Source: an uncultured Erysipelotrichaceae bacterium (GTDB lineage Bacteria > Bacillota_I > Bacilli_A > Erysipelotrichales > Erysipelotrichaceae). Taken from it: a DNA stretch of 64,000 bases. The position numbers were made by a program, and so were the translations under genes. The notes under the pieces are model-generated. The model worked only from the letters and a program-made list of their open reading frames with translations, did no database searches and had not been told where the DNA came from. How positions within the stretch are numbered: the stretch's first letter is position 1; the number at the start of each line of letters is the position of its first letter. Location of the stretch: NCBI GenBank assembly GCA_934675465.1, contig CAKUQM010000001.1:9053-73052 (forward strand), given 5' to 3'. Shown here piece after piece: positions 32,498-43,361 of this stretch.

Positions 32498-34579
32498 CTA
32501 GAAATCTGTATCAAAGAACAATTTCTCATAACTTGGATAAGGAAGATTATCAATAGAAATATAATGTTCCATCTTATCTGCGGTCTTTCTTAATTCTTCA
32601 GTCAAAGGAATAACCTTCTTTAAAATATGCATACCCTTTTCTAAGAAACTTGCTTCATCTAGTGACGCTTTTAATTCATCCTCACTTTGACCCGCAAGTA
32701 AAGAACACTCATCAATGAAAGTAGACAACTTCTCAGCCCTTGTTCTCATTGAAGAAGACATATATTCGTTACCTGAAGTAGTAATGAAATTAAGTTCCTT
32801 AATAGCTGAAGGAATAATATTTTGATAAATCATCGCCGTCAAAGTTCTAATCTCAATACTTCTTACATGAACATAAGATTCATACATGATTTCACTTCTC
32901 GCCATGATTTCTTTTTCAGTATAAACACCATATTTCTCAAAAGTAGAAATACAATTCTTTTCGCTAAAACACTTAATAGATTCAATGAAAGTAGGCACAT
33001 TTGGAAGACCTCTTCTTTCAGCCTCCTTAACCCACTCATCACTATAACCATTACCAGAGAATTCAATTCTCTTATGCTTCTTATACATAGAGGCGATTAT
33101 ATCCAAAGCCTTTTCCCTTACATCCTGTCTATTCTTTACCTTATCTAATTCATCAGCTATTTCATCTAATACCTTGGCTAAAGAAGTATTTATAACAGTA
33201 TTCAAGAAAGAAGCATTCATACTTGAACCTAACATTCTAAATTCAAACTTATTACCAGTAAACGCAATAGGGGAAGTACGGTTACGATCTGAATTATCCT
33301 TTGGAAGATTCTTAATAGTAGACATACCAAATTCCTTTAAACCAGACTTAACATAACTTGTAGGCTTTTTGCCAACAATAGAATCAAACACACCTTCTAT
33401 TACATCACCCAAGTAAACAGAAACAATGGCAGGAGGAGCTTCATTAGCACCTAATCTAAAGTCATTACCAGCATCGCTTGAAGCCAGTCTAATTAAAGTT
33501 GCATTATCATCAATTGCCTCTAGAAGTGCGCCTGTAAACAACAAGAAACGTACATTATTATGAGGATCCTTACCTGGATCAAATAAGTTTTGACCATCAT
33601 CAGTAACTAAAGAATAGTTATTATGCTTACCAGAACCATTTACTCCATCAAAAGGTTTCTCATGTAATAAACAAACCAAATCATGTTTTAAAGCTACCTT
33701 CTGTAAGATATCCATCATCATCATATTTTGATCAATTGCCACATTCAAACTAGAGAAAATAGGAGAAATCTCAAATTGACCAGGAGCTACCTCATTATGT
33801 TCTGCCTTAGCATACACACCAAGATTCCATAGTTCCTTATTAACTTCTTCCATATAATCATTAACTCTTTGAGAAATAGAACCAAAATAATGCTTCTCTA
33901 ATTCCTGGCCCTTAGGAGGCATAGCACCAAGTAGTGTCTTACCAGTTAAATACAAGTCTCTTCTTTGATAGAAAGTAGTCTTATCAACCAAGAAATATTC
34001 TTGTTCCAAACCAACACATGGAATAACTCTTTTAACTGTCTTATCACCAAAACTATTGACAATCCTACTAGCTGCATCACTTACTGCATCAATAGACTTA
34101 AGTAAAGGCCCCTTAGTATCTAGTGATTCACCAGTATATGAAATAAAGACAGTCGGAATATATAAGACATGCCCTCTAATAAAGGCTGGTGATTCTACGT
34201 CCCAATATGTATAACCACGAGCTTCAAAGGTTGCTCGTAGGCCACCACTTGGAAAACTAGAAGCATCAGGTTCATCTTTAATCAAAGACTTTCCTGAAAA
34301 TCTACAAATAGGAACTCCATCTTTTTCTTCAATGAAAGAATTATGTTTCTCAGCAGTAGAACCAGTCAAAGGATGAAACCAGTGAGTATAGTGGGTACAA
34401 TGATGTTCAAGCGCCCAATCCTTCATCTCATGAGCAATCGCATCAGCAATCTCTATCTCTAGTGGTGTCTCATGATCTCTTGCTTCCTTAAACTTTCTAA
34501 ACACAGGAGATGGTAATCTTTTTGCCATTTCACTTTCACTGAATAAACATGAACCAAAATCTTTGAAATCGTATTCCAT
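32498..34579 (-). CDS. glnN: type III glutamine synthetase
   Basis: ORF track gives 32498-34585 with a TTG start. I prefer ATG 34579 (MEYDFKDFGS), 8-9 nt after GAGGAAGG. About 693 aa, GSIII size and sequence (EHNEVAPGQFE, GSGKHNNYS). Confidence 0.85.
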   Translation of the reverse strand: MEYDFKDFGSCLFSESEMAKRLPSPVFRKFKEARDHETPLEIEIADAIAHEMKDWALEHHCTHYTHWFHPLTGSTAEKHNSFIEEKDGVPICRFSGKSLIKDEPDASSFPSGGLRATFEARGYTYWDVESPAFIRGHVLYIPTVFISYTGESLDTKGPLLKSIDAVSDAASRIVNSFGDKTVKRVIPCVGLEQEYFLVDKTTFYQRRDLYLTGKTLLGAMPPKGQELEKHYFGSISQRVNDYMEEVNKELWNLGVYAKAEHNEVAPGQFEISPIFSSLNVAIDQNMMMMDILQKVALKHDLVCLLHEKPFDGVNGSGKHNNYSLVTDDGQNLFDPGKDPHNNVRFLLFTGALLEAIDDNATLIRLASSDAGNDFRLGANEAPPAIVSVYLGDVIEGVFDSIVGKKPTSYVKSGLKEFGMSTIKNLPKDNSDRNRTSPIAFTGNKFEFRMLGSSMNASFLNTVINTSLAKVLDEIADELDKVKNRQDVREKALDIIASMYKKHKRIEFSGNGYSDEWVKEAERRGLPNVPTFIESIKCFSEKNCISTFEKYGVYTEKEIMARSEIMYESYVHVRSIEIRTLTAMIYQNIIPSAIKELNFITTSGNEYMSSSMRTRAEKLSTFIDECSLLAGQSEDELKASLDEASFLEKGMHILKKVIPLTEELRKTADKMEHYISIDNLPYPSYEKLFFDTDF

Positions 34580-34724
34580 AATCAATACCTTCCTCTTAAT
34601 ATAGGAAAAATTTTATTACTTCATCTATTAAAAAACAATATTTTTTAAAAATATTTGATTTTTTTCACACAAATTACACATTTAGTTCAATATTTTTGAC
34701 AAAAAGTTGGATTTAAAAAAATCA

Positions 34725-34752
34725 TTGATTATTTTTATGTTTATGTTATATT
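34725..34752 (+). promoter_or_regulatory. promoter of the unclassified structured RNA
   Basis: TTGATT - 16 nt - TATATT preceded by TGt (extended -10). Confidence 0.55.
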
Positions 34753-34756
34753 GTAG

Positions 34757-34927
34757 GTGAAGGCATTGCGCCTTGGATGGTGAAATTCCAATCTCGGACT
34801 GGTTCTCTGGGGTTCCCTGCTTGCGAAGGGACGTAAAATATATGCAAGAAATGCGACGAGAGGCCTGCGACTGTACGGAAGTGGATGAACCGAAATAAAG
34901 AACGAGCTCCTGTTAAGGAGTTTTTTT
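34757..34927 (+). ncRNA. unclassified structured RNA or cis-regulatory leader, about 170 nt
   Basis: 50% GC (75/150 hand-counted over 34757-34906) within AT-rich flanks. Several local helices. Ends in CTCCT-gtta-AGGAG plus T7. It is on the opposite strand to both neighbouring genes. Family not recognised. Confidence 0.55.
34907..34927 (+). terminator. short intrinsic terminator whose 3' arm is a Shine-Dalgarno sequence
   Basis: CTCCT-gtta-AGGAG then TTTTTTT. AAGGAG lies 7 nt upstream of ATG 34928. Confidence 0.5.
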
Positions 34928-35041
34928 ATGTGCATAAGTAACGATAGTTATCAACGTTTTGTGGAAAACTATCCGGTTTTTTCTAGTTATTCCCAAGTTA
35001 TTCCCATATTTGTGCCAAACCATTTCTTTATCGGCTTTTAA
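34928..35041 (+). CDS. candidate 37-codon sORF (MCISNDSYQRFVENYPVFSSYSQVIPIFVPNHFFIGF)
   Basis: Hand-found and below the ORF-track size cut-off. Perfect SD at optimal spacing, and its stop lies 21 nt before the next ATG. There is no other support. Confidence 0.25.
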   Translation: MCISNDSYQRFVENYPVFSSYSQVIPIFVPNHFFIGF

Positions 35042-35062
35042 GTTGTATATTTAACGTACGCT

Positions 35063-35644
35063 ATGAATTCTTTTATTTCTATCCAAAATTATTATTTAGA
35101 AACATTATGTTATAAAAACTTTGTATTCCAAACCGAAGTTGGACAATTGGTTTTAAAATTCACAGAAGCTAATTTCGCTCATTTAATAGGATTGCATCAC
35201 TTCGATGAAAAATTAAGAGGAAATTATGCTTGGGACAAAATTAGAAACGAAGAGATCGACATTAAAATGATTAAAAAATTGAATCAAGCAAAATTTAAAA
35301 CAATTTTGTTGCCAAGAATAGAAACAATGTACAAGATTAACAATATTTTCATTCACAGTAAAGTTGTTAAAAAATTCAAACAAACTACTTCAAATGCTTT
35401 TAATTGTGATTTGGTTTTTTATAACAAAGAAGAGAAAGTTTACTATGTTGTGACATTTTTTATCGATAAATCAACAAAGCTGTACTGTAGCGCTGCATCA
35501 TTTCTAAAATTTCATCAAGGTGATTTAAATGTTATGAAATATATCAACCCAAACAACCCTGAAATAGCGATTTATAGTTTTCAAGTCACAAAAGAAGAAG
35601 CTTATAACGATATTGATTATTCTAAATATTATGGCTTAAAATAA
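35063..35644 (+). CDS. hypothetical protein, 193 aa, family not recognised (possibly nuclease/toxin-like)
   Basis: Clean ORF, soluble, Lys/Asn-rich, with motif FTEANFAHLIGLHHFDEKLRG. No SD upstream. Confidence 0.6.
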   Translation: MNSFISIQNYYLETLCYKNFVFQTEVGQLVLKFTEANFAHLIGLHHFDEKLRGNYAWDKIRNEEIDIKMIKKLNQAKFKTILLPRIETMYKINNIFIHSKVVKKFKQTTSNAFNCDLVFYNKEEKVYYVVTFFIDKSTKLYCSAASFLKFHQGDLNVMKYINPNNPEIAIYSFQVTKEEAYNDIDYSKYYGLK

Positions 35645-35765
35645 GCCAAATAATTATTCATAGCTATATAATAAATATTGTTAATATACAGTTTCTCGCA
35701 GGTAGTAAACATAAGTATATTAATCTTCATTAGTAAGTCTCACAGGTAGTACAAGCTATGATAAC

Positions 35766-35785
35766 GCCGATTATTCGGCTTTTTC
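35766..35785 (+). terminator. terminator after the 193-aa ORF and its 3' UTR
   Basis: GCCGA-ttat-TCGGC followed by TTTTT. Confidence 0.5.
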
Positions 35786-35822
35786 TTAACTCCAAAATAA
35801 AAGTGAGTATATACACCCACAA

Positions 35823-37247
35823 TTATTTAAAACCTAAATAAATAGAATTATAGATATCAGATGCTATTAAACTATCTTCACCATACTTTTTGGCAGCTTC
35901 ATCACCCGCAAAACCATGCAAAGCTACAGCCTGACACACCTTATCCAAATCTAATTTCTTTAAAGATAAGCCTGCGATAATACCACTTAAGACATCACCA
36001 CTACCAGCTGTTGCCATACCGCTATTACCATATAAAGATAAATAATAATGATTCTTGTCACCAACCAAAGTATTATGCCCCTTTAAGACAACCATGCAAT
36101 CATACTTATCAATCAATTCTTTAAACGCATTAAATGGATCATCCTTAATAGTCTTACCCAACAATGTAGCTGCTTCTCCAAAATGAGGCGTAATACACAA
36201 GCGACACTTCTTTATTTCCTTAATATCATCAATCTTAGACAAATGATATAAACCATCCGCATCAACTATTAGATTAATATCTCTTGATAATAATACCTTT
36301 AATATATTTGTATAATCTTCACATCTACCAAGACCTGGTCCAAAGACAACCGTATCCTTTTTAATTAATAAATTATCAATATCTTCTAACTTCTTAACCA
36401 TTATTTCAAGTGGTGCCTTGATTGATACAACATCATAATTTTCCTTTGGTACAGCTAAAGTAACCAAACCGGCACCTGATTTTAAAGTTGAAATAGAAGA
36501 CATAATACCAGCGCCAGCCATCGATACATTAGAACCAATCACAAGCACACAACCATAGTCATATTTATTACTGAAGGCTAAACGCTTATGTTTTAAATCT
36601 AACTTAATAGTATCCACATGTTCTAAGTCTTCATAATCATTTAAACCAATATCAGCGACTCTAATTTCACCACACACATCAGGTCCCCTTTTTAATAAAT
36701 GACCTATTTTAATATTATTTATCGCAATAGTTAAATCAGCCTTAAAACATACGGGATCATAATTACCGGTATTACTATTTAAACCAGTAGGCAAATCAAT
36801 GGCTATCTTATAAGCCTTTGTGTTATTTAATAAGTTAATTAATTCAACAACATCTTCCCTTAAAGTACCCTTTAAACCATTACCAATAACACAATCAATA
36901 ATCACATCAGGATTGCCTAATTCTCTAGTAACTAATTCATCCTTATAAAAATGACCACAAGTCTTATTCATCTTTGACTTATCAAACAAATATAAGGCCT
37001 TGGCATCATATCCTTCTTTAATTAATATATCGGTTAAACAAAAACCATCACTTGAATTATTAGAATTACCACAGACAACAATTATCTTAGAATCATGATT
37101 TATCTTATCTCTTAAATTATCAAAACAAGCCCTAGCAGCCTTATTCACAAGATAAATCTCATCTACTTTTTGATCATCCATAGACCTTCTATCGCACATT
37201 GACATTGACTCACTCGTTAGTATTCTCATAAATAAATTATAAAGCAT
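35823..37247 (-). CDS. nnr: bifunctional NAD(P)H-hydrate repair enzyme (epimerase / ADP-dependent dehydratase)
   Basis: 474 aa, YjeF N- and C-terminal domains (GNNSSDGF; GSGDVLSGIIAG). An alternative start at 37229 (MRILTSES) is possible. Confidence 0.85.
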   Translation of the reverse strand: MLYNLFMRILTSESMSMCDRRSMDDQKVDEIYLVNKAARACFDNLRDKINHDSKIIVVCGNSNNSSDGFCLTDILIKEGYDAKALYLFDKSKMNKTCGHFYKDELVTRELGNPDVIIDCVIGNGLKGTLREDVVELINLLNNTKAYKIAIDLPTGLNSNTGNYDPVCFKADLTIAINNIKIGHLLKRGPDVCGEIRVADIGLNDYEDLEHVDTIKLDLKHKRLAFSNKYDYGCVLVIGSNVSMAGAGIMSSISTLKSGAGLVTLAVPKENYDVVSIKAPLEIMVKKLEDIDNLLIKKDTVVFGPGLGRCEDYTNILKVLLSRDINLIVDADGLYHLSKIDDIKEIKKCRLCITPHFGEAATLLGKTIKDDPFNAFKELIDKYDCMVVLKGHNTLVGDKNHYYLSLYGNSGMATAGSGDVLSGIIAGLSLKKLDLDKVCQAVALHGFAGDEAAKKYGEDSLIASDIYNSIYLGFK

Positions 37248-37262
37248 TATGATAAAATTCTA

Positions 37263-38192
37263 ATGATGAAGAAAGAAAATACAAAACAGGTTCCTATTCG
37301 TTATACCTATACTAACAAAGTCCATCACTCTTGTGAGCTTCTTGAATATTTGTTGCAGAAGCTACCTGAATCAAGAAATACTGTTAAATCATTACTATCA
37401 AGTAATAAAGTATTAGTAAATGGTAGTGTTGTAAGACAATTCAACTATCCGCTTGCTAAAGATGATGAAGTAAAGATTGCAAAGAATTCGGTTGTTATTA
37501 AACAAGTCAACAAAAAGAAGAAAAAGGATGAACCGCGTCCATTCAACATCAAACCATACATTATCTATGAAGATGATTACTACATCGCCATAAACAAACC
37601 AAATGGTATGTTGTCAGTACAATCTGATAATCAAAGAGAATCAGCATATACCTTTGTAGAAGATTATCTAAAGAAAAAAGACCCAAAACTTCGTCCTTAT
37701 GTACTTCATAGAATCGATAAGGAAACAAGTGGTGTTCTAGTGTTTGCCAAAGACATCAAAGTACATTCAATGTTGAAAGGACATTGGAACCAAGACGTCA
37801 GTGAAAGAGAATACATCGCAATAATCAATGGCAAACTTGATGATGATAGTGGCACTATCAAGAATTATTTAAAAGAAAACAAAAACAATATGATGTATGT
37901 AGCCGACAGTGGCAAGTTAGCTATCACCCATTATAAAGTTTTAAATAAAAACAAGGATTACTCCCTACTTCAAGTAAACATTGACAGTGGACGTAAAAAC
38001 CAAATCAGAGTAGCTATGGCAAGTCTTAATCATCCAATCATCGGTGATGATAAATATGGTGATGGTCTATCTCCTATTAATAGACTTGGCCTACATGCTT
38101 CTAAATTATCTTTTGTCGACCCTATATCTAAAGAGCTATTAACATTTAAGGCTTCAGCGCCAAAAGAATTCAAAGAATTATTTAATAAATAA
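37263..38192 (+). CDS. RluA-family pseudouridine synthase with an S4-like N-terminal domain
   Basis: 309 aa, with the [15 protein letters not shown] catalytic motif. Confidence 0.85.
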   Translation: MMKKENTKQVPIRYTYTNKVHHSCELLEYLLQKLPESRNTVKSLLSSNKVLVNGSVVRQFNYPLAKDDEVKIAKNSVVIKQVNKKKKKDEPRPFNIKPYIIYEDDYYIAINKPNGMLSVQSDNQRESAYTFVEDYLKKKDPKLRPYVLHRIDKETSGVLVFAKDIKVHSMLKGHWNQDVSEREYIAIINGKLDDDSGTIKNYLKENKNNMMYVADSGKLAITHYKVLNKNKDYSLLQVNIDSGRKNQIRVAMASLNHPIIGDDKYGDGLSPINRLGLHASKLSFVDPISKELLTFKASAPKEFKELFNK

Positions 38193-38212
38193 GTTTAATC
38201 AAAGGAGGAATT

Positions 38213-38866
38213 ATGGAATTAAACAAATATATCGATCATACCTTATTAAAACCTGAGGCAACAAAGGAACAAATCACAAAGTTATGCCAAGAAGCTAGAC
38301 AATATGACTTCGCATCAGTATGTGTAAATACATGCTACGTACCACTAGCTAAAGAACTACTTGCAGGAAGCGATGTAAAAGTATGTTGTGTAGTAGGTTT
38401 CCCACTAGGAGCTATGGACACTGTATCTAAGGCTTTTGAAGCTAAAACAGCTGTCGAAAATGGTGCCCAAGAAGTTGATATGGTAATCAACATTGGTGCT
38501 TTAAAAGACAAGGACTATGATTATGTAACTAAAGATATTGCTGCTGTAGTAGAAGCTAGTAAACCAGCAATCGTTAAAGTAATCATTGAAGCATGCCTAT
38601 TAACTGATGAAGAAAAGGTTGAAGCTTGTAAATGCTCAATGAACGCAAAAGCTGAATTTGTTAAGACATCAACTGGATTCTCAACACATGGTGCAACACC
38701 TGAAGATGTTGCCCTAATGAAAAAGACAGTAGGTAACGTATGCAAGGTTAAGGCAGCAGGTGGTGTTAGATCTTATGATGATGCCATGAAGATGATTGAA
38801 GCAGGAGCTGATAGACTTGGTTGTTCTGCTGGCATCAAGGTAATGGAAGAAGCTAAAGCTAGATAA
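38213..38866 (+). CDS. deoC: deoxyribose-phosphate aldolase
   Basis: 217 aa. [11 protein letters not shown] ... FVKTSTGF (Schiff-base Lys). AGGAGG RBS. Confidence 0.95.
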   Translation: MELNKYIDHTLLKPEATKEQITKLCQEARQYDFASVCVNTCYVPLAKELLAGSDVKVCCVVGFPLGAMDTVSKAFEAKTAVENGAQEVDMVINIGALKDKDYDYVTKDIAAVVEASKPAIVKVIIEACLLTDEEKVEACKCSMNAKAEFVKTSTGFSTHGATPEDVALMKKTVGNVCKVKAAGGVRSYDDAMKMIEAGADRLGCSAGIKVMEEAKAR

Positions 38867-38912
38867 AGCGATGATTAAATCATCGCTTTTAATTTGAATA
38901 ATCAACAGTAAA

Positions 38913-39359
38913 CTATTTCAAGGCATAGTTTTCTAACAAGGCAAAAAAGACAAAAGCTGTTAGCACAAAAACCAGAATAGTAGGAATAAAAACCATATTA
39001 AAAATTCCAACTATTTCAACAAAAAGACCAACAACAAAACAAACTAATGTAAATATCAATGTAAAATAGATTTCTTTTTTAGTTTCATTTATTTTGTTTT
39101 TTATCATCTCTACAGGATTATCACTTTTCTTAACATCCTTAACAAACAACACTAAGAAGAATATCGCAATAAAGACTCCAAGCACATCAACAATTAAAGA
39201 AAACACAAAATCTTCAAATAATGCCAAATAATCCATTCTGACATTTGTGAGTCTATACCAAAAATCACTACCTAAAAATTTTGCCGTTGCTAAAACCAAG
39301 CTTACAAAAAAGATGGAAGTTAAGAAAATGCTTTTATATATTTTTCTATCATTAATCAT
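38913..39359 (-). CDS. integral membrane protein, unknown function
   Basis: 148 aa, four hydrophobic segments. Confidence 0.55.
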   Translation of the reverse strand: MINDRKIYKSIFLTSIFFVSLVLATAKFLGSDFWYRLTNVRMDYLALFEDFVFSLIVDVLGVFIAIFFLVLFVKDVKKSDNPVEMIKNKINETKKEIYFTLIFTLVCFVVGLFVEIVGIFNMVFIPTILVFVLTAFVFFALLENYALK

Positions 39360-39489
39360 AATTTGTACACTCTTTTCCTAATAATATCCTATGTTTTTAG
39401 AAGCAATTCTATAGAACCAAAAATAAAAGCGCAATCTAAAAATTGACTGCACTTTCCTAATAAAACACCAGTTTTGTACCTAGATATGT

Positions 39490-39505
39490 GATGATAGCTA
39501 TCATC
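39490..39505. repeat. perfect 16-bp palindrome GATGATAGCTATCATC (operator candidate)
   Basis: Read directly from the sequence, about 130 nt upstream of the 38913-39359 gene start. Confidence 0.5.
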
Positions 39506-39562
39506 AATCGCATATATATCCCTCTTCATATTCGAATTATAACAAGAGATTTTTAAAAAATA

Positions 39563-40324
39563 CTAATCAACTGTAATTGAATATCCAATCTTGAAACTAG
39601 CACCTGGTTCAAGCACGATATTCTCTTCTCTTTCCTCAAATGGTCTATCATCTCTAACATTAAGATTCATCCAAGGTTCAATACATACAAATGGACCATT
39701 AGAAGACCATAGAGCTAAGTGCTTAAAGCCATCAAAATCAACCCTAATTGTATGACCATTAGTATGAAGAGTTGCACTACTTGGCATTGGCTCTTCAAAA
39801 TATGTTGGATATAGCTGATCAAAGTTTAATTTGAATTCATGGCCATTATTGAAAGTAACATAAGAATCCTTTAAACCCTCATCACACATAAATCCAGGAT
39901 GTAAACCAAAACCAAATGGCATCTTTCTATCATTTGTATTAACTACCTCATAGTCAATTAATACTGAATTTTCCTTTAAAGAATAAGTAACATAAATTTC
40001 AAAACTAAATGGATATTGTTTATGTGTTTCCTCATTATCCTTCAACAAGAACACTAACTTATTATCTTCATTAGATACTAATTCAAATTCACTATTACGG
40101 GCAAAACCATGATTACCCATAGGATATTCTTTACCATCAATAATATTAGTCTTTGTAGAAGTTGATGAAACTTGAGGGAACAACAATGGATTTCTTCCCT
40201 TCCAATAAGTAGGATTACCATTCCACAAATATTCATAATCAGAGCCTTTTCTCTTTAAACTATGCATCTCACATGCAGTAGTAGAAACATTTAAAGTTAA
40301 TAAATCATTCTCAATAGTATATAA
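39563..40324 (-). CDS. aldose 1-epimerase-family protein
   Basis: ORF track gives 39563-40348 with a TTG start. I prefer ATG 40324 (MLYTIENDLLTLNV), which avoids overlap with the upstream gene. GFGLHPGF motif. Confidence 0.75.
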   Translation of the reverse strand, partial: LYTIENDLLTLNVSTTACEMHSLKRKGSDYEYLWNGNPTYWKGRNPLLFPQVSSTSTKTNIIDGKEYPMGNHGFARNSEFELVSNEDNKLVFLLKDNEETHKQYPFSFEIYVTYSLKENSVLIDYEVVNTNDRKMPFGFGLHPGFMCDEGLKDSYVTFNNGHEFKLNFDQLYPTYFEEPMPSSATLHTNGHTIRVDFDGFKHLALWSSNGPFVCIEPWMNLNVRDDRPFEEREENIVLEPGASFKIGYSITVD

Positions 40325-40329
40325 CATAT

Positions 40330-40716
40330 CTATTCCACGATTGCCCAAGATGGGATTTCCTTTCCTCTTCTAATAATCACAGCCTTTTGGAAATCAGTAC
40401 TATTTAAAAACTTCAATACTTCCTCCTCTTGTTCATCGTTTAATCCAATCAACAAAATAGCTGAAAGATCTTTTTCCAACAAATTTGCACAAACAACAAC
40501 AGCATCCACAGTTTGATTACCCTCACCCTTGAAAGCCTTCATTGAACATAATTCATCATCATTTGTTGTTATGTGACCATAATCCACAGGAAAAATTAAA
40601 GAAGGATACATTGGATGTCTAGAACCCTTTTCGTATACTTTTTTATAGTCTCCTGATATAAATGCAGCATCAATCTTTTGCCAAAAATAGGCATTATTCT
40701 CAAATTCTTTTTTCAT
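40330..40716 (-). CDS. hypothetical protein, 128 aa (faint inorganic-pyrophosphatase-like motif)
   Basis: HPMYPSLIFPVDYGHITTNDD resembles the PPase-fold YP-x-nYG motif. Weak. Confidence 0.45.
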   Translation of the reverse strand: MKKEFENNAYFWQKIDAAFISGDYKKVYEKGSRHPMYPSLIFPVDYGHITTNDDELCSMKAFKGEGNQTVDAVVVCANLLEKDLSAILLIGLNDEQEEEVLKFLNSTDFQKAVIIRRGKEIPSWAIVE

Positions 40717-40731
40717 ATTTATATTATGATA

Positions 40732-42332
<1,601 letters not shown>

Positions 42333-42333
<1 letters not shown>

Positions 42334-43361
42334 TGAAACTTGAAGAATTTGATTATTATTTACCAGAAGAATTAATTGCTCAACACCCTGTTGACAAAAG
42401 AGATGAATCAAGACTATTGGTCTTACATAAAAACAGTGGTGAAATTGAACATAAACACTTCTATGACATCATCGATTACTTACATGAAGGTGATGTCCTT
42501 GTAAGAAACAACTCTAAGGTTATTCCAGCCAGATTATATGGAACTAAGGAAGAAACAGGGGCTAAGGTAGAAGTGCTTATTCTAAAGATAGGTGCCGACT
42601 CAATTTGTGAATGTCTATGTGGCAATGCCAAGGCTATTAAAGTAGGTACCATCATTGCTTTCTCAGACAAGTTAAAAGGTAAGTGTCTAGAAGTAAGAGA
42701 TGAGGGTATTAGAATCATCCAAATGATCTATGAAGGTATTCTAATTGAAATACTTGAGGAAATTGGTCTAATGCCTACTCCACCTTATGTTCATGAAATG
42801 TTAAAAGACAACAATAGATACCAAAATGTCTATGCCCAAAACTTAGGCTCTGCAGCTTGTCCTACAGCTGGCTTACACTTTACTGAAGAACTTATTAATA
42901 GAATTAAGGAAAAGGGTGTTCAAATTGTTGATGTAACACTTCATGTAGGTTTAGGTACTTTTAAGCCTGTTAAAGAAGAGACAATTGAAAATCATCATAT
43001 GCATTATGAGTCTTACTATATGTCAAAAGAAACTGCCGATGTCTTAAATAAGGCTAAACAAGAAGGAAGAAGAATTATTGCGGTAGGAACTACTTCAACA
43101 AGAACCCTTGAAAGTGTTATGGCTAAGTATGGTGAATTTAAAGAATGCCATGAAGAAACAAACATCTTCATCTATCCACCCTATAAGTTCAAAGCTATTG
43201 ATTGTCAAATCACTAACTTCCACTTACCTAAGTCAACACTTATTATGATGATCTCAGCCTTTACATCAAGAGACATGATTCTTAATGCCTATAAGGTTGC
43301 AGTAGATAATAAGTATCGTTTCTTCTCATTTGGCGATTCAATGTTTATCACAAATGAATAA
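42333..43361 (+). CDS. queA: S-adenosylmethionine:tRNA ribosyltransferase-isomerase
   Basis: 342 aa. FDYYLPEELIAQHP. TAATG overlap with tgt. Confidence 0.95.

Noticed and set aside
34600-34720. TnrA/GlnR box (TGTCAAAAATATTGAAC) upstream of glnN.
   Set aside because: It matches the TGTNAN7TNACA consensus only in the left half; the right half is mismatched.
34757-34927. Calling the structured RNA an FMN, cobalamin, glycine, ykkC (guanidine), M-box, SRP or 6S RNA.
   Set aside because: Only short fragments match: GGTGAAATTCC; GCGACTGTACGG; CTCTGGGG..GCGAAGGGAC; TAGGTGAAGGC. The full conserved cores, as I remember them, are absent or in the wrong order. Examples are the FMN CTTCGGGGCAGGGTGAAATTCCC...GGATG..AGAAG, the B12 box and GCCACTG, the SRP GGAA tetraloop with its AGCAGC symmetric loop, and a 6S closing stem. 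It needs a covariance-model search, so I left it unclassified.
34741-34935. ORF-track entry, 64 aa on the minus strand (MHIKKLLNRSSFF...).
   Set aside because: It lies exactly antisense to the GC-rich structured RNA. It has no SD and an Arg/Pro-rich composition typical of a random frame through GC-rich RNA sequence. The plus-strand promoter and terminator explain the region better.
35672-35760. Type III toxin-antitoxin style tandem antitoxin repeats.
   Set aside because: Offsetting the sequence by 44 nt aligns only a 14-15-nt core, and the rest of the unit does not repeat. In addition, the repeats lie downstream of the candidate toxin, not upstream.
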